From IMG/VR virus record IMGVR_UViG_3300028914_000074, positions 6,088 through 70,087 of that record: 64,000 bases of DNA; one strand, written 5' to 3'. The notes beneath the pieces were generated by a model. That model was not told where the DNA came from. It saw only the letters and a program-made list of their open reading frames with translations, and did no database searches. Shown piece after piece: positions 62,877 through 64,000 of the stretch; the stretch's first letter is position 1, and every line of letters begins with the position of its first letter. The translations under genes and the position numbers were made by a program. This stretch comes from a virus (taxonomy: Duplodnaviria; Caudoviricetes).

Positions 62877-62905
62877 ACTATACTACATTATAGGTATACT
62901 GTCAA
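62877..62905 (-). promoter_or_regulatory. sigma-A promoter of the RAMP-array operon
   Basis: TTGACA-17-TATAGT. Confidence 0.8.
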
Positions 62906-62917
62906 TAGATAATTACA

Positions 62918-64000
62918 TTATTTTGTGGTTTTTATCACTTTCACAGCGTTCTGCATTATCCCCAAAATTGACGGCAAAGCTATCCCATTCCCCCATAGCT
63001 TATATTCCGCACTATCTGAATGAGGCACGTCATCACACCAATCCTTTGGAAATCCCTGCAATGCGGCACACTCGCAAGGAAGTAATCTCCGCACCGCATA
63101 TTCTCCGTCATTTTCTGGTGGATTCATAAATTCATCTACCATCTGTCTTTTCTCCTTTCGTATGATATATGCTTGACCCCCCATATGACTTTTCGCCTGA
63201 ATATATTGCATTGGCAATTCCGTCCTCTGTGTATATTGCTTTGCTTTGTACGTCTCCGTTATTTAGGTTCATGTTTTCTCACCATTACTATCTGCTGATC
63301 GTGCATACAGTTCAGCGCACCCATCTTGTCCTGAAGGTAAAATTGGTGTGCCTGTCCGTTTCCGATGCACCAACACGTATTGCTGCCCCCCCCTCATGCC
63401 ACATCCGGCATAAAGGCTTTCAGCGTGTCCATCTTCCGTCATTATGTGTCTACTCTGCACGTCAAAAGGATTTAGGCAACTCATTGTTTCTCCTTGTTAC
63501 TACTCCGTGTACTTCCGTTGTGTTCAGCGTATACATCTTGCTCCCGTCATCGTTAATTCCAGGACCTTTGTGCGATGGACGGTTCCCGTTTCCTTCAATC
63601 ACGGCCAGAACCATCACCCCCCCTGATTACAAGCAGGACAACCGCCATTAAGGTCTAGCGTCCTTGCCGTGGTCACTTCCTGTATTCCGCTGTTCGGATT
63701 GCTTGATTTCATGGAATTGCTTGCATACGCAGATATGTTAAAGCATCTCATTTTCTTACCATCACCGCCTGTGGCTGTTTGTAATCTCTGCTTGCAAGCG
63801 TGTTCGCCTGTTCTTCCCATATGTAAGTGTTCCCCATCTTCTCGTCTACCGAATAGCATTCAGGTCTGCTCCCCCCCCCTAATGGGGATGAACAATGTTT
63901 GGTCGTTGCTTGTGCCTAGAGTAGCTGACTTGTCATTCTGTATCAATGCTCCCTTGCCTCCTCCTTCGCACCCCCCCCGAACTTTTAAGGTGTAAACAAT
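62918..64000 (-). CDS. C5-cytosine DNA methyltransferase, 3' part, fragmented (runs off right edge)
   Basis: Motifs IX/X VRRLLPCECAALQGFP...YKLWGNGIALP; upstream TRD-like modules are out of frame at poly-G tracts. Confidence 0.75.

Noticed and set aside
1-64000. Integrase/att site or lysogeny module
   Set aside because: No tyrosine or serine recombinase is in the window; lifestyle cannot be determined from this slice.

Overview
This window is a ~64-kb slice of a tailed (siphovirus-like) phage that probably infects a gut Firmicute (Clostridia/Lachnospiraceae-like codon and RBS usage; host is inference). Almost everything is on the minus strand. Left to right: RecT/XRE, a six-gene low-complexity (Q/G/RGG-rich) cassette with an inserted HNH, holin, tail, neck, capsid, portal and large terminase genes (9.5-30 kb), and a ~2-kb non-coding island of tRNAs, tRNA-like RNAs and hairpin RNAs (30.7-32.8 kb). 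Next come a frameshifted adenine methyltransferase, many small accessory genes, a PAPS-reductase-like gene, a radical-SAM-like gene broken by one stop codon, and a putative small terminase. A divergent plus-strand island lies at 47.7-52.2 kb, followed by endolysin, MazG-like, primase-helicase and replication-initiator genes. A poly-G-fragmented C5 methyltransferase runs off the right edge. No integrase, CRISPR array or reverse transcriptase is seen. The standout is at 61.2-62.9 kb: a RAMP/Cas7-like gene with its own promoter, followed by a non-coding array. The array has seven GGCAGGC delimiters enclosing six units of strict 5-nt periodicity (conserved GGY/GTT triplet alternating with a variable dinucleotide), then an accessory gene. 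This looks like a compact RNA-guided, non-CRISPR system, matching what I recall being reported as VIPR; that match is unverified here.
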